63,448 bases of DNA, filler included, from Candidatus Woesearchaeota archaeon (GCA_018399355.1; 10 parts of 10 records of this genome joined end to end with filler, not necessarily neighbours in it); one strand, 5' to 3'; counted from the first letter of the whole stretch, positions 1 to 9,550 are shown. Notes: generated by a model not told the origin, from the letters alone. Program-made: numbers and translations.

Positions 1-94
1 AAGGAGATCTCTTAACATTACAGAAATAAATGTATACAACTATTTAAACCTTATAACTGTATACAGAAATAAAGTATCAATATGTTACATTTTT

Positions 95-108
95 AAAAGG
101 TTTAAATA
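95..108 (+). promoter_or_regulatory. Archaeal BRE/TATA promoter (probably leaderless)
   Basis: AAAAGG-TTTAAATA ends 21 nt before ATG 130. Confidence 0.6.
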
Positions 109-129
109 TATTATTATTTTAAATTAATT

Positions 130-822
130 ATGGCTGATCCTTTAACTGATTATGGAAGCAATATTATGGGTTCTTTTAGTGGTATTGTAGGAACTACTGT
201 TTCTTTAGTGGTTAAAATTCTTGGAGGATTAGTTGCTCTTGGAATTGTAGGATTTTTTTTATTTTGGAGAAAACAACAGAAACAATATAATATTCCAGTA
301 ACTATATGGATACCAAGAAGCGATGGAAAAATAACAGACGAAGTTCAAGCAAAAGGAGGATTCTTTGCAGTTAAACCAAAAGATGGTGGAAAGATTACTT
401 CTTTTAGATTAAAGAGAAAAGGATTAGGTTCAATAGATATTCCTCCTCCAAATTCTCGTTTCCTTGTAGGATTAAGTAGGAGATTATATTTAATACAAAA
501 AGGAATAGATGACTTTGAACCAGTATTACCTGATAGCTTTAGATATGTAACTACTGCAAAAGGAAAAAAAATACCTGTAGTTAATTTAAATTGTATAAAT
601 CAAGATGCTACTGCATGGGTTGAAGATTTTAGGGAAAGTGCAAAAAGAAGATTTAGTTTTCATAATGTTTGGGATAAATATAAAGACTTTATACAAATGA
701 CTGTCTTTATATTTATAGTAATGTTGGCTATATATATAATGTGGCAAGGATTACAAGAAGTAGTTATAGGATTAAAAGAAGTAGCACAAACATTACAAGG
801 AGGGTCTGTAAATATTAAATAA
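130..822 (+). CDS. Membrane protein with N- and C-terminal TM helices (virus-like element)
   Basis: 230 aa ORF; hydrophobic stretches at about aa 20-46 and 187-206; stop overlaps next start (TAATG). Confidence 0.8.
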   Translation: MADPLTDYGSNIMGSFSGIVGTTVSLVVKILGGLVALGIVGFFLFWRKQQKQYNIPVTIWIPRSDGKITDEVQAKGGFFAVKPKDGGKITSFRLKRKGLGSIDIPPPNSRFLVGLSRRLYLIQKGIDDFEPVLPDSFRYVTTAKGKKIPVVNLNCINQDATAWVEDFRESAKRRFSFHNVWDKYKDFIQMTVFIFIVMLAIYIMWQGLQEVVIGLKEVAQTLQGGSVNIK

Positions 823-1415
823 TGGAAGAACAAAGACAACCAACACAACCAATAAATTATGCTCCTTCTTATACTGGAGAAGAAGATATAAAAAATATAG
901 TTGGACAAATAGATCCTCAAAGAATATTAGATAATCTTAATCATGCTCTTAAAGGAGAATACTTTTCAAAAGAAGAAGGTATTTGGAAAAAAGTCGGAGA
1001 ACCATTAATCAACGATGAGGGAAGAGGATGGATCATTTCTTTTTTTACTTCTATTATGAATAATGCTTCAACTATGGGAATTATTACTGAACAACAATTT
1101 GGTTATTTAATGGAAGGAATTATTGATACAGTAGGTAGAGAGTTTAGATGTAATTTAGAAAGATTTGGTTTTGTTTCTCCTGGAAAATATTATCAAACTA
1201 AAGTTTATGAAAATAAAGGTTCTCCAGATACTTCAAGAATGAAAACAATCGCAGAGATGATAATGCAAAGAGCATTTATTATTTATTCAAGAAGTTTAAA
1301 GGGTTCAGAAAGTAATAGAATATTTAAGAGTTTAAGTATGTCAGATAATATGGGTTATGGAGGAGATATAAAACCAAAAAGAAAGAACTTTATAAGTAGG
1401 GTTTTTGGAGATTAA
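822..1415 (+). CDS. Hypothetical protein (virus-like element)
   Basis: 197 aa ORF translationally coupled to the upstream gene. Confidence 0.75.
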   Translation: MEEQRQPTQPINYAPSYTGEEDIKNIVGQIDPQRILDNLNHALKGEYFSKEEGIWKKVGEPLINDEGRGWIISFFTSIMNNASTMGIITEQQFGYLMEGIIDTVGREFRCNLERFGFVSPGKYYQTKVYENKGSPDTSRMKTIAEMIMQRAFIIYSRSLKGSESNRIFKSLSMSDNMGYGGDIKPKRKNFISRVFGD

Positions 1416-1689
1416 GATGGAAATAGGAGAAGCAGAATATTCATCTAAGTCGGATTTTAGTAAAGCGGAAGTTGTTAAGCAACAAGTTATGAGATGTGAT
1501 GAATGTAGAAGTAAAGAAATGAAAGCAGGATATTTTAATTATACTTCCGATGGAAAAAAGATATATGTTCCTGATTCAAGAAAAGAATGGATTTCTGCTG
1601 TTAAGGCATTAAGGAGATTAATGGAACCTGAATGTAGGAAGAATAAAGATTTTAAAGATGCAGAAAGCAGCAGAAGTTCAACGAGATGA
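1405..1689 (+). pseudogene. Truncated paralog of 1967..2578 (ATG 1417 is the likelier start)
   Basis: EYSSKSDFSKAEVVKQQVMRC...RKEWISAVKALRRLMEPE aligns with EYSRKTEFSKAVLASSQVERC...RKEFVSSVEALKNLLSPE, then stops abruptly. Confidence 0.6.
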
Positions 1690-1805
1690 ATATAAATCGA
1701 GGTATTTTGGATGATATGCAACAAACTGAAACAGGGATTAAATAACTGGCGGTTAATCCGATTTATTAAATGGATTTATAATAAATTTAATAGGAGGTTA
1801 AAAAA

Positions 1806-1958
1806 ATGACAATTGAAACCAAAGGAATGTTAAATGAAACATCAACACCAGGACAATATTTAGATGAAGAGGGAAATTTATATGTTGTTGATGAAAGACT
1901 TTCAACAGGAAAACCTGCACTTGTGAAAGTTTCAAGTGTAGAGAGTGTAAAGAAGTAA
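1806..1958 (+). CDS. Small hypothetical protein, 50 aa (MTIETKGMLN...SVKK)
   Basis: Not in ORF track; strong AGGAGGT SD upstream; fills the gap between co-oriented genes. Confidence 0.6.
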   Translation: MTIETKGMLNETSTPGQYLDEEGNLYVVDERLSTGKPALVKVSSVESVKK

Positions 1959-1966
1959 GAATTAAA

Positions 1967-2578
1967 ATGTCGAAATATAACACCAAAGAAAATGTAGGAA
2001 ACGATGAAGTTTTGGAAGAGAGTGAATACTCTCGAAAGACAGAGTTTTCTAAAGCCGTTTTAGCATCTTCTCAGGTAGAAAGATGTTTGGTTGCAAGAAG
2101 CAAGGATATGCGTCCAGGTTATACTACTTATGTTGTTGATAAGAATGGGGAATCACATCCCAAGATAATAACAGATACACGAAAAGAATTTGTTTCATCT
2201 GTTGAAGCATTAAAGAATTTACTTTCTCCTGAAATAAAAATGAAAAAATCAGAGTTAGTAACTAATTATCAAAATAAAAAGAAAGAACTTTTTAATAAAT
2301 TCGCATACCATGAAAGACTCGGAAAACGAATAAACTCTCAAACAGGGAATGTTGAATGGGTTTTTTCTAAAAGATTATATATGCCACAGAAAGGACATTT
2401 TATTTTAGCAGATTCAGAGTATCCTCAGAGTGTTAAAACCGTTAGGATAGAAAATGGTTGGGAGGATAATGTGGATGCTTATTGGGATGGTATGGTGGAG
2501 ATAGCAGACATGCTTTTTCAAGAATTAAATGAACTTATTCACCAGATTGAATATTTCAAAGGAGAAACTTCGTTCTAA
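1967..2578 (+). CDS. Hypothetical protein directly upstream of the ATPase
   Basis: 203 aa ORF with a paralog at 1405. Confidence 0.75.
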   Translation: MSKYNTKENVGNDEVLEESEYSRKTEFSKAVLASSQVERCLVARSKDMRPGYTTYVVDKNGESHPKIITDTRKEFVSSVEALKNLLSPEIKMKKSELVTNYQNKKKELFNKFAYHERLGKRINSQTGNVEWVFSKRLYMPQKGHFILADSEYPQSVKTVRIENGWEDNVDAYWDGMVEIADMLFQELNELIHQIEYFKGETSF

Positions 2579-2579
2579 A

Positions 2580-3506
2580 ATGAAAGTAAAAACAGCAGAA
2601 GATTTGAAAGAACATCCTGAAGCAGATTTGGTAGTAAACTATATTATTGATAGGTGGAAAAAAGGATTGTATTCATTAGTGTTAGTTGGTGGACTTCCTG
2701 GCACTGGGAAGTCCTCAACTTGCATAAGACTTGCAGAATTAACACAAATGAAATTAACAGGAGAAAATAATTTTAAAGTAGATAATGTTTTAGATAGTTT
2801 TTTAGATTTAATAAAGTTCGTTAAGAATGCTAAACCTGATAAAGTATGCACTGGAGTTGTAGAAGAAGTTAGTGTTTTATTTCCAGGAAGGAGAGCGATG
2901 TCTTCTGAAAATGTAGATGTTGCAAAGTTATTAGATACTGCACGAAAAAAGAAAGTAATTTTATTTGCTAATGCTCCAATCTATCCTTCAATTGATTCTC
3001 ACATGAGGGCGTTGGGTAATGTTTATATTCAAACCATTAAAATTTATAAGAAGGCAGAATTAGTATTTTCTAAATGTTATAAAATCCAAACCAATCCAGC
3101 AACAGGCAAAACTTATACTCATAATTTTAAACGAGGTGTTAAGGATGTTAATAGAATGTATACTCTAAAACCCTCAAAAGAAACATGGGAAGACTATGAG
3201 GGCAAGAAGGATAAGTTCTTAGATGAATTATATTCTAAAGCAGAAGCAAGAGCCATGAGAAAGCAGGAGAAGGATAATAAGCTATTGAAAAGCCAACAAC
3301 ACCCAGACATTAGCCCAAGAGATATGCAGATTTGTATTAGGAAAAGTATTGGAGAGAAAGAAGCTGATATTGCAAAGGATGTTAACCTCACAAGAGAGCG
3401 AGTTAATCAAATATATCATCAAATTAACAAAAATAACCCTGATTTTCTTAGAAATTCACCAAAAGTAAGTAAAAAACACAATCCAGAGCCCAATAAAGTA
3501 AATTAA
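2580..3506 (+). CDS. P-loop ATPase with C-terminal HTH; candidate viral packaging/morphogenesis ATPase
   Basis: Walker A GLPGTGKS, Walker B-like GVVEE, sigma70-region-4-like HTH LTRERVNQI; ATG 2580 follows the upstream stop. Confidence 0.7.
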   Translation: MKVKTAEDLKEHPEADLVVNYIIDRWKKGLYSLVLVGGLPGTGKSSTCIRLAELTQMKLTGENNFKVDNVLDSFLDLIKFVKNAKPDKVCTGVVEEVSVLFPGRRAMSSENVDVAKLLDTARKKKVILFANAPIYPSIDSHMRALGNVYIQTIKIYKKAELVFSKCYKIQTNPATGKTYTHNFKRGVKDVNRMYTLKPSKETWEDYEGKKDKFLDELYSKAEARAMRKQEKDNKLLKSQQHPDISPRDMQICIRKSIGEKEADIAKDVNLTRERVNQIYHQINKNNPDFLRNSPKVSKKHNPEPNKVN

Positions 3507-3555
3507 AAATGTATTATATATAAAATCTAATCAAAACAGAATAAAAAAACAAAAT

Positions 3556-3744
3556 ATGAAAATGACTAAACTAAAAATTGCAGAAATGATTTTATTTGTT
3601 GTAGCAGTTATGGGATTAGTTAATAATCCTAATGATGGGACTCCTGAAAGTTTCTATGCTTATATTATTTCAGGAGTCTGTGGCGTTTTAGCATTAGGTA
3701 TTGAAATTTTTTTATGGATTAAAAGAAGGAATTATAAGAAATGA
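3556..3744 (+). CDS. Small 2-TM membrane protein
   Basis: 62 aa, two hydrophobic segments and a basic C-tail. Confidence 0.6.
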   Translation: MKMTKLKIAEMILFVVAVMGLVNNPNDGTPESFYAYIISGVCGVLALGIEIFLWIKRRNYKK

Positions 3745-4382
3745 AAGCAGATATTTATTTAAGAACTTCAACATTAGAACAACATCCAGAGAAACAAAAG
3801 CAGGAATGTTTGGAACTTCTTAAAAATAAAGGTTATGAATTAGGCAATATCTATTTAGAAAAACTATCAGGATATAAACAAATTCAAAGACCTAAATATT
3901 ATGAAGACCCATGCAATACTTCTACCTCCAGACAAAAAATAATATTCTACAAAGAAAAGAAAATAAAAATAACTTTTAGATTATTAAACAAACAAGAATA
4001 TTTTTTTAGTGGTAAGATAATAGAAACAGAAAAAATAAAAAAACCTATTGGTTTTATTCCCCCATATGAAGAATCTTATTTCATAATTCAATTAGATAAT
4101 GGAGATTTATTGTATGAAGAATTTGCTAATGTAGACAATCTATCAATACATCCTGCATCTTATCAACCGATTAAATATTTTAATAGAGAAAACATATCTG
4201 AAGAAATTAGACAGCAAGTATTTGAGAGAGCAAATAATCTATGCCAAATAAAAGGAGAAGGTTGCACAGGCAAGGCAGAAGAAGTTGACCACATAATGCC
4301 TATTAGTAAAGGAGGAAGTAATGACATTTCAAATTTACAAGCTTCTTGCATTAATTGTAATAGAAAAAAAAGCAACAAATAA
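3741..4382 (+). CDS. Serine-recombinase N-terminal fragment fused to an HNH endonuclease
   Basis: IYLRTST..Q...Q...E.LSG....RP (resolvase N-terminus); C-terminal DHIMPISKGGSNDISNLQASCINCN (HNH with Zn ligands). Confidence 0.7.
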   Translation: MKADIYLRTSTLEQHPEKQKQECLELLKNKGYELGNIYLEKLSGYKQIQRPKYYEDPCNTSTSRQKIIFYKEKKIKITFRLLNKQEYFFSGKIIETEKIKKPIGFIPPYEESYFIIQLDNGDLLYEEFANVDNLSIHPASYQPIKYFNRENISEEIRQQVFERANNLCQIKGEGCTGKAEEVDHIMPISKGGSNDISNLQASCINCNRKKSNK

Positions 4383-4414
4383 AGAACTATTTCTTCAACA
4401 AATAAACAGTAATT

Positions 4415-4514
4415 NNNNNNNNNNNNNNNNNNNNNNNNNNNNNNNNNNNNNNNNNNNNTTAATTAATTAANNNNNNNNNNNNNNNNNNNNNNNNNNNNNN
4501 NNNNNNNNNNNNNN
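4415..4514. other. Artificial contig linker; repeated at 8492, 12461, 41747, 45497, 49192, 52838, 56469 and 60060 (100 nt each)
   Basis: N44-TTAATTAATTAA-N44, with stops in all six frames. Confidence 0.98.
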
Positions 4515-4645
4515 TATCTTATTCAATAGAGGATTTTAGTGAAAATGAAATATATGTAAACAAAACTGAAAACAAAAGAAAAACAACCAAACTAAAATCA
4601 TAATCTTTAGAATTCCAGATGAAAAACAAAAGGTTTATATATAGC

Positions 4646-4684
4646 TTAACATTATATATTGCAAAATACAACATCTAATGTTAA
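4646..4684. promoter_or_regulatory. Inverted-repeat operator of the abiE-like operon, downstream of TATA box TTTATATA (4634-4641)
   Basis: Arms 4646-4663 and 4667-4684 match at 15/18 nt, with a 3-nt spacer. Confidence 0.65.
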
Positions 4685-4685
4685 A

Positions 4686-5186
4686 ATGAAAGGACTTTCA
4701 AAAAAGGAAATTGAACTGATCTCAGAGCTTGAATTCAGGAAAAAATACTATTTCAATAGAGAAAACATTGCACACCATTTCAAGAAAAGAAGCCAGCTAA
4801 ACCACACAATACACAAGCTTCTCCAGAAAAAAAGAATAATAAGCCTGAACAAAAACAAATATTACCTCATTCCAATAAAAGCAAAAAGAGGCAATTGGGC
4901 AGACAACCCGTTTATTATTGCAGACGAGATATTTGATGGAAAAGATTACTTTATTGGTGGATGGGCAGCTGCAAACTATTGGCAGATTACTGACCAGATA
5001 CCAATGAAAATAGAAGTCTACACAACCAAAAGACAGGGAAAGTGCAATATCCTTAACACATCCTTTATTTTCAGGAGGACAACCAAAAAAAGAATACATT
5101 CAGCTGTTGAAAAAAAAATAGCAAATCATGTTTTTAGGATACAATCAAAAAAAGACACAAAAAAATGGATAAAATCAAGAATCTGA
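4686..5186 (+). CDS. abiEi: Type IV TA antitoxin / transcriptional regulator (AbiEi-like)
   Basis: N-terminal wHTH, YFIGGWAAANYW..TDQIP motif; overlaps the downstream nucleotidyltransferase. Confidence 0.75.
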   Translation: MKGLSKKEIELISELEFRKKYYFNRENIAHHFKKRSQLNHTIHKLLQKKRIISLNKNKYYLIPIKAKRGNWADNPFIIADEIFDGKDYFIGGWAAANYWQITDQIPMKIEVYTTKRQGKCNILNTSFIFRRTTKKRIHSAVEKKIANHVFRIQSKKDTKKWIKSRI

Positions 5187-5950
5187 ATCAGGATGATTTT
5201 AATATAATTGCTGCAGAAACAGGCTTTAACAGAAATATACTGCTTAAAGATTATTACCTAACAATAATCCTCTATTTATTAAAAGAAACCAAAGGAATAT
5301 ACTTCAAGGGCGGAACAGCACTGCAGAAAATATTCTTGAATTATTCCAGACTAAGCGAAGACATTGATTTTACACTAACTACAAATCTAAAAGAAACAAG
5401 ACAGGAAATAATAAAAAAACTTAATGAATCAAAATTATTTGGCAAAATAAATCCAGACAAGGATGTTAAAGGCTTTGTTCGTTTGGTTGTTCCTTACACA
5501 GGATTTTCAAAAGAAAAAGGTTCAATCTCTATTGATTTAAATGAAAGGGCAAAATTATTAAGAAAACCAGAAAACAACAAAATAAAGCATTTCTATGAAA
5601 ATATCCCTGAATTCTCATTTAATACCTTGTCAAAAGAAGAAATGATTGCAGAAAAACTTGCAGCCGCAATTGGAAGGAACAAGCCTAGAGACCATTTTGA
5701 TATTTACAAAATAATTAAGCAAAAACTACCAATTAATTTAAAGCTTGTTAAAGAAAAATGCAAGCAGTCAAATATTGAATTCAACATAATCAGAATGTTT
5801 AGCAAAGCAAAAAAACTGAATAAAAGGTGGAATGAAGATATGATCCCTCTTTTATCAGAAGAAATCTCCTTTCAGGAAGTAATCCAAACATTAGCAAAAC
5901 ATTTCAATTTGAAACAAGAAAAAGAAAAACTAAAAAATTTATACATTTAG
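5165..5950 (+). CDS. abiEii: Type IV TA toxin, AbiEii/AbiGii nucleotidyltransferase
   Basis: KDY, FKGGTAL, RLSEDIDF, AEKLAA and RDHFD motifs. Confidence 0.9.
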   Translation: MDKIKNLNQDDFNIIAAETGFNRNILLKDYYLTIILYLLKETKGIYFKGGTALQKIFLNYSRLSEDIDFTLTTNLKETRQEIIKKLNESKLFGKINPDKDVKGFVRLVVPYTGFSKEKGSISIDLNERAKLLRKPENNKIKHFYENIPEFSFNTLSKEEMIAEKLAAAIGRNKPRDHFDIYKIIKQKLPINLKLVKEKCKQSNIEFNIIRMFSKAKKLNKRWNEDMIPLLSEEISFQEVIQTLAKHFNLKQEKEKLKNLYI

Positions 5951-6049
5951 TATCCCTTATGAAGAATATTCAAGTCCCCAGTATGACCTAAAAAGAAATG
6001 CTGGGCTTCCTTTTTCTAGGTCAAAAAATACCGAAAATCCTGCACAGAA

Positions 6050-6739
6050 TCAATCCTTGTAGAAATGGTCTTTCAACTCTGGGTCATAAGGCTGCATGCA
6101 CAATAAATTAACAGCCGGCTTATCAAGTGTTTTTAACTGGTGGGCTGTCTTTGGCATCACCTTGCTGAAAACATCGTAAATGAGCTCCTGGGCTTTTGAA
6201 GGAAGCCTTTCAGTTATTTTCTGGCATGTTATCATTGTCTTTCCGAACAAAGGCAGAAAATGCTCAATAGTATTAATATGATAATGCCTGGATGTGCTTG
6301 CATTTGGTTTTATAAACTGCAGAAGCAAACTTACCGGGTTTTCCCCTTCCACAGGATCATCCCTTTTTATAATCCAGTAATATTCTGCAGCTGATTTTCC
6401 TGAATTAGACATCTTTCCCGGATGTTTAACAGCCGTAGGAGAATATATCACAAAATCATTTTCTATCCTTAAATCTTCAGAAGAAATCTTTTTGTAAGTT
6501 TTGTCAAGCTCTGTTTTATTGAGAGAATAAACAGCAATCAAGTCAACAATATCTTTAAGCTCATTCAGCTTTGAAATATTGCTTTTTGCAATGTTTATGC
6601 TAAGGGCCGAAACATCTTTTATTTCCTCTGTGATATTTTTTGCCAGAGAAAACCCCATGTTTTCCAGGGCATTATAAGTATCAATTAAATGATTATATCT
6701 TGGCACAATAGTCACTGAAACAAAATTTTCTTGGTGCAT
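6050..6739 (-). CDS. Hypothetical protein with C-terminal cupin-like domain
   Basis: SRHYH...EH and downstream HQL resemble cupin metal ligands. Confidence 0.55.
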   Translation of the reverse strand: MHQENFVSVTIVPRYNHLIDTYNALENMGFSLAKNITEEIKDVSALSINIAKSNISKLNELKDIVDLIAVYSLNKTELDKTYKKISSEDLRIENDFVIYSPTAVKHPGKMSNSGKSAAEYYWIIKRDDPVEGENPVSLLLQFIKPNASTSRHYHINTIEHFLPLFGKTMITCQKITERLPSKAQELIYDVFSKVMPKTAHQLKTLDKPAVNLLCMQPYDPELKDHFYKD

Positions 6740-6874
6740 AATCAATTGAAATCATTATTGGGTATTTAAAAGTTACTGATTGTTTTCCATAAAAACTGAA
6801 GTTTATTCATAATAAACGAAATTTTTCCGGAAAATTTACCTAAACTTAAATAAAAAATAAAATACACCTTATTC

Positions 6875-7786
6875 TTGATTAGTTTAATGATTGAGGATTT
6901 AATAACCAAAATAAAGAAAAAAAACAAGAAAAAACATACTTGTTTTTCAAAAGAAAAAAATAAGCCGGAAGAACAGGGATTAATAGTATCTGCAGGCCAT
7001 GGTATTTATGCTTTGAAAGACAAAGATAAATACTTAATAGCCTTAAGACCCTATAATTATGATATTAAATTACTCTACTACAATAATAATCTTTACGATT
7101 CAAATCAAAATGTGATATTTAATACACTTACTGGCGAAATAATCGCGCTAAGGAAAAAAAATATCAGAAGTTTTGCGTTTAACGATAACAGGATGTATGA
7201 TGCAACAGAGGATGAAATTTTTGAAACAAAGAGCAATAAGGTAATTGCAAAAAGATCTAAGGGGTACTCAAATTTTAATGGAGGCATATCCCATCTTGTT
7301 TCAAATAAATCAAGGCTTTATGACTGCGGCTCATACAATGAGATATATGACACACTAAAAGATGAGGCAATTACAGCAAGGGCAGGATACTCGAATATGA
7401 TCTCCCATAACGAAAGATTGTATGACTCTTCAAATAACTTTGTCTTTGAAACGAAAACAGGCAAAATAATTGGAAAAAGGGATAAGAATATAACAAATCT
7501 TTTTTCTGGAAACGGAAAACTGTATGATTGCTGCTATAACCAACTTTTTGATACATTTAACAATAAACTAATTGCAGGAGAACAATCAGAGATTAAGTGC
7601 GCATCCAATTATAATGGAGACCTATACGCCGCATCATGTGATTATATCTTCGATACCTCGGGTTTTAATCGGATAGACTTTCATGATAAGAATATAAACG
7701 ATATGTGCAATGTGCCCTTTTCTTTATTCAATAAACTAATCAATAAAGGAGTAAAGTTAGATGATTCTAATAGCAGCAGAATTTAA
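6875..7786 (+). CDS. Repeat protein, probable beta-propeller
   Basis: About six degenerate 30-40 aa repeats (LYD...IF[ED]T...II). Confidence 0.6.
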   Translation: MISLMIEDLITKIKKKNKKKHTCFSKEKNKPEEQGLIVSAGHGIYALKDKDKYLIALRPYNYDIKLLYYNNNLYDSNQNVIFNTLTGEIIALRKKNIRSFAFNDNRMYDATEDEIFETKSNKVIAKRSKGYSNFNGGISHLVSNKSRLYDCGSYNEIYDTLKDEAITARAGYSNMISHNERLYDSSNNFVFETKTGKIIGKRDKNITNLFSGNGKLYDCCYNQLFDTFNNKLIAGEQSEIKCASNYNGDLYAASCDYIFDTSGFNRIDFHDKNINDMCNVPFSLFNKLINKGVKLDDSNSSRI

Positions 7787-7921
7787 AACGCTTAAAAATG
7801 GAAAATATTGTTTAGGGTAATATACAAATTAACCTTATAAAAGTATTGACATCCTTAACTTAAAAATTAAATCCAATTATATTAAAGAAGACACAATTTG
7901 CAGAATATAAAATAAAAATCA

Positions 7922-8491
7922 CTAAACGCCTGTGGGGGCGTCAATAAACTTAACATCTACCTTGAACTTGTCTTTTATTGTTTTCATAAGGGCCTTAACA
8001 CCCAATGTTTCTGTTGCGTAATGGCCAGCAACAATAATATTAACATTGCTGTCCCTTGCAGTTACATAAGACGAATGGCCTGCCTCTCCTGTGACAAGGC
8101 AGTCAAAACCATTTGAAATTGCCTGCCTTGTAATCTCTCCGCCGCTGTTTCCGGAAACCACAGCTATCTTCTTGATCTGCTTTTTTCCAAAATCAAAAAC
8201 AGTGCATTTTGTTTTCAGGTTTTTCTCAATCTCTTTTACAAAATTATTTAATGAAGTATCCTTCTCTCCTGCAAAACCAATGACTTGGCCATGATAATCG
8301 CCAAAGCCGTGCAGATGCTTCAAGTTGAAAATTCTGCAGAACTCTGCATTATTGCCGTGTTTTGGGTGTTTGTCTAAAGGAAGATGTGCTGCATAAAGAG
8401 AAATCTCATTATCAATAAGAAATTTTACTCTTGAATAATTTAATCCTGTTAAATACTTCAGCGAATCATTCCAGCTTATTCCGTGATGCAC
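7922..8491 (-). CDS. Nif3-like dinuclear metal centre protein (GTP cyclohydrolase 1 type 2 family), 5'-truncated
   Basis: HHG, YAAHLPLDxHPxxGNN and AGHYATE motifs. Confidence 0.9.
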   Translation of the reverse strand: MHHGISWNDSLKYLTGLNYSRVKFLIDNEISLYAAHLPLDKHPKHGNNAEFCRIFNLKHLHGFGDYHGQVIGFAGEKDTSLNNFVKEIEKNLKTKCTVFDFGKKQIKKIAVVSGNSGGEITRQAISNGFDCLVTGEAGHSSYVTARDSNVNIIVAGHYATETLGVKALMKTIKDKFKVDVKFIDAPTGV

Positions 8492-8591
8492 NNNNNNNNN
8501 NNNNNNNNNNNNNNNNNNNNNNNNNNNNNNNNNNNTTAATTAATTAANNNNNNNNNNNNNNNNNNNNNNNNNNNNNNNNNNNNNNNNNNNN

Positions 8592-8795
8592 GAAGTAGAT
8601 GATGTAGATGATCCTTCAAGTTTGTTTTCTGTTGTGACGGATATGATTAGTATGATTACTGCTCCATTTACATTACTGGCAACTGTGCTGGTAAATGTTT
8701 TAAAAATTCCTGAATTATTTGCAAATATTATTTTAGGACTTTTAGTGATTAGTATAATCTTAGCAATTTGGAGTTTGTTAAGAAAGGGGGATTAA
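8592..8795 (+). CDS. Membrane protein, 5'-truncated; homolog of 62026..62445
   Basis: Reads EVDDVDDPSSLFSVVTDMISMIT...IWSLLRKGD*. Confidence 0.85.
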   Translation, partial: EVDDVDDPSSLFSVVTDMISMITAPFTLLATVLVNVLKIPELFANIILGLLVISIILAIWSLLRKGD

Positions 8796-8826
8796 AAATG
8801 ATAGAATTGAATAGGAGGAAAATATA

Positions 8827-9135
8827 ATGGCATGGTCTTCACCAACAACGGTAAATGCAACGGCAGGTTTAGATAGTTTTTTACCCTATTTATCTGAAGT
8901 TAGCAATTTCTGGTTTGGAAGGATGTTAATGATTGCAATATTTGTAATATTTCTATTTGGATATGTAAGAACTAAAAATGATTGGGTTGGAGGTCTTGCA
9001 ATTGCATCTTATATTACCTTTGTATTAGGATTATTATTCTGGACAATAGGCCTTGTTACTGGAATAGATTTTGGAGTAATAGTAGGAATTACAGTTGTAT
9101 CCTCAGTTATATTGTTTTTGAAAGATAAAAATTAG
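8827..9135 (+). CDS. 3-TM membrane protein; homolog of 62500..62808
   Basis: Roughly three quarters identical to 62500..62808; GGAGG SD. Confidence 0.85.
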   Translation: MAWSSPTTVNATAGLDSFLPYLSEVSNFWFGRMLMIAIFVIFLFGYVRTKNDWVGGLAIASYITFVLGLLFWTIGLVTGIDFGVIVGITVVSSVILFLKDKN

Positions 9136-9244
9136 AGTGTATCCAATATATACATGCTTTTTTAAATATTAATTTCCTTATTTTTTCATACAAATGGCCT
9201 TAGGCCATATAAATATATAATTTAAAAGGAGGTTAAATATTAAA

Positions 9245-9550
9245 GTGAAATTCGGCAGACAAGATAAAGGAATTGCAGGATTAACCATTTTGTTATCTCT
9301 TGTAACAATGTTGTTTGTAATTGGACTTCTTGTGATGGTCTTTGCTCTTATGGGTGGAGAATTACAAGATGCAACTACAGACGCAACAGCAGAAGATGTT
9401 ATCAATGATACCACTACAAGTATTTCAGGTGTAACTGATTGGTTTGAAATCTTCCTTGTAATCGGTGCTATGGTTGTATTAGTTCTATTGGTGGTTATAA
9501 TTATATCAGCAATAAGAGGATCAGGACTAATTGCAAGTGGAAGTGCATAA
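9245..9550 (+). CDS. Putative major capsid protein (hydrophobic alpha-hairpin, spindle-virus-like)
   Basis: Basic leader ending in KG, two long hydrophobic helices joined by an acidic/Thr linker with an NDT sequon; AGGAGGT SD; GTG start conserved at 62944. Confidence 0.65.
   Translation: MKFGRQDKGIAGLTILLSLVTMLFVIGLLVMVFALMGGELQDATTDATAEDVINDTTTSISGVTDWFEIFLVIGAMVVLVLLVVIIISAIRGSGLIASGSA

Larger units (their letters stand above)
1..4414. mobile_element. Virus-like contig 1 (membrane protein, conserved hypotheticals, P-loop ATPase, recombinase/HNH)
   Basis: Co-oriented, tightly packed ORFs with no housekeeping genes; ATPase, serine-recombinase fragment and HNH nuclease present. Confidence 0.65.
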
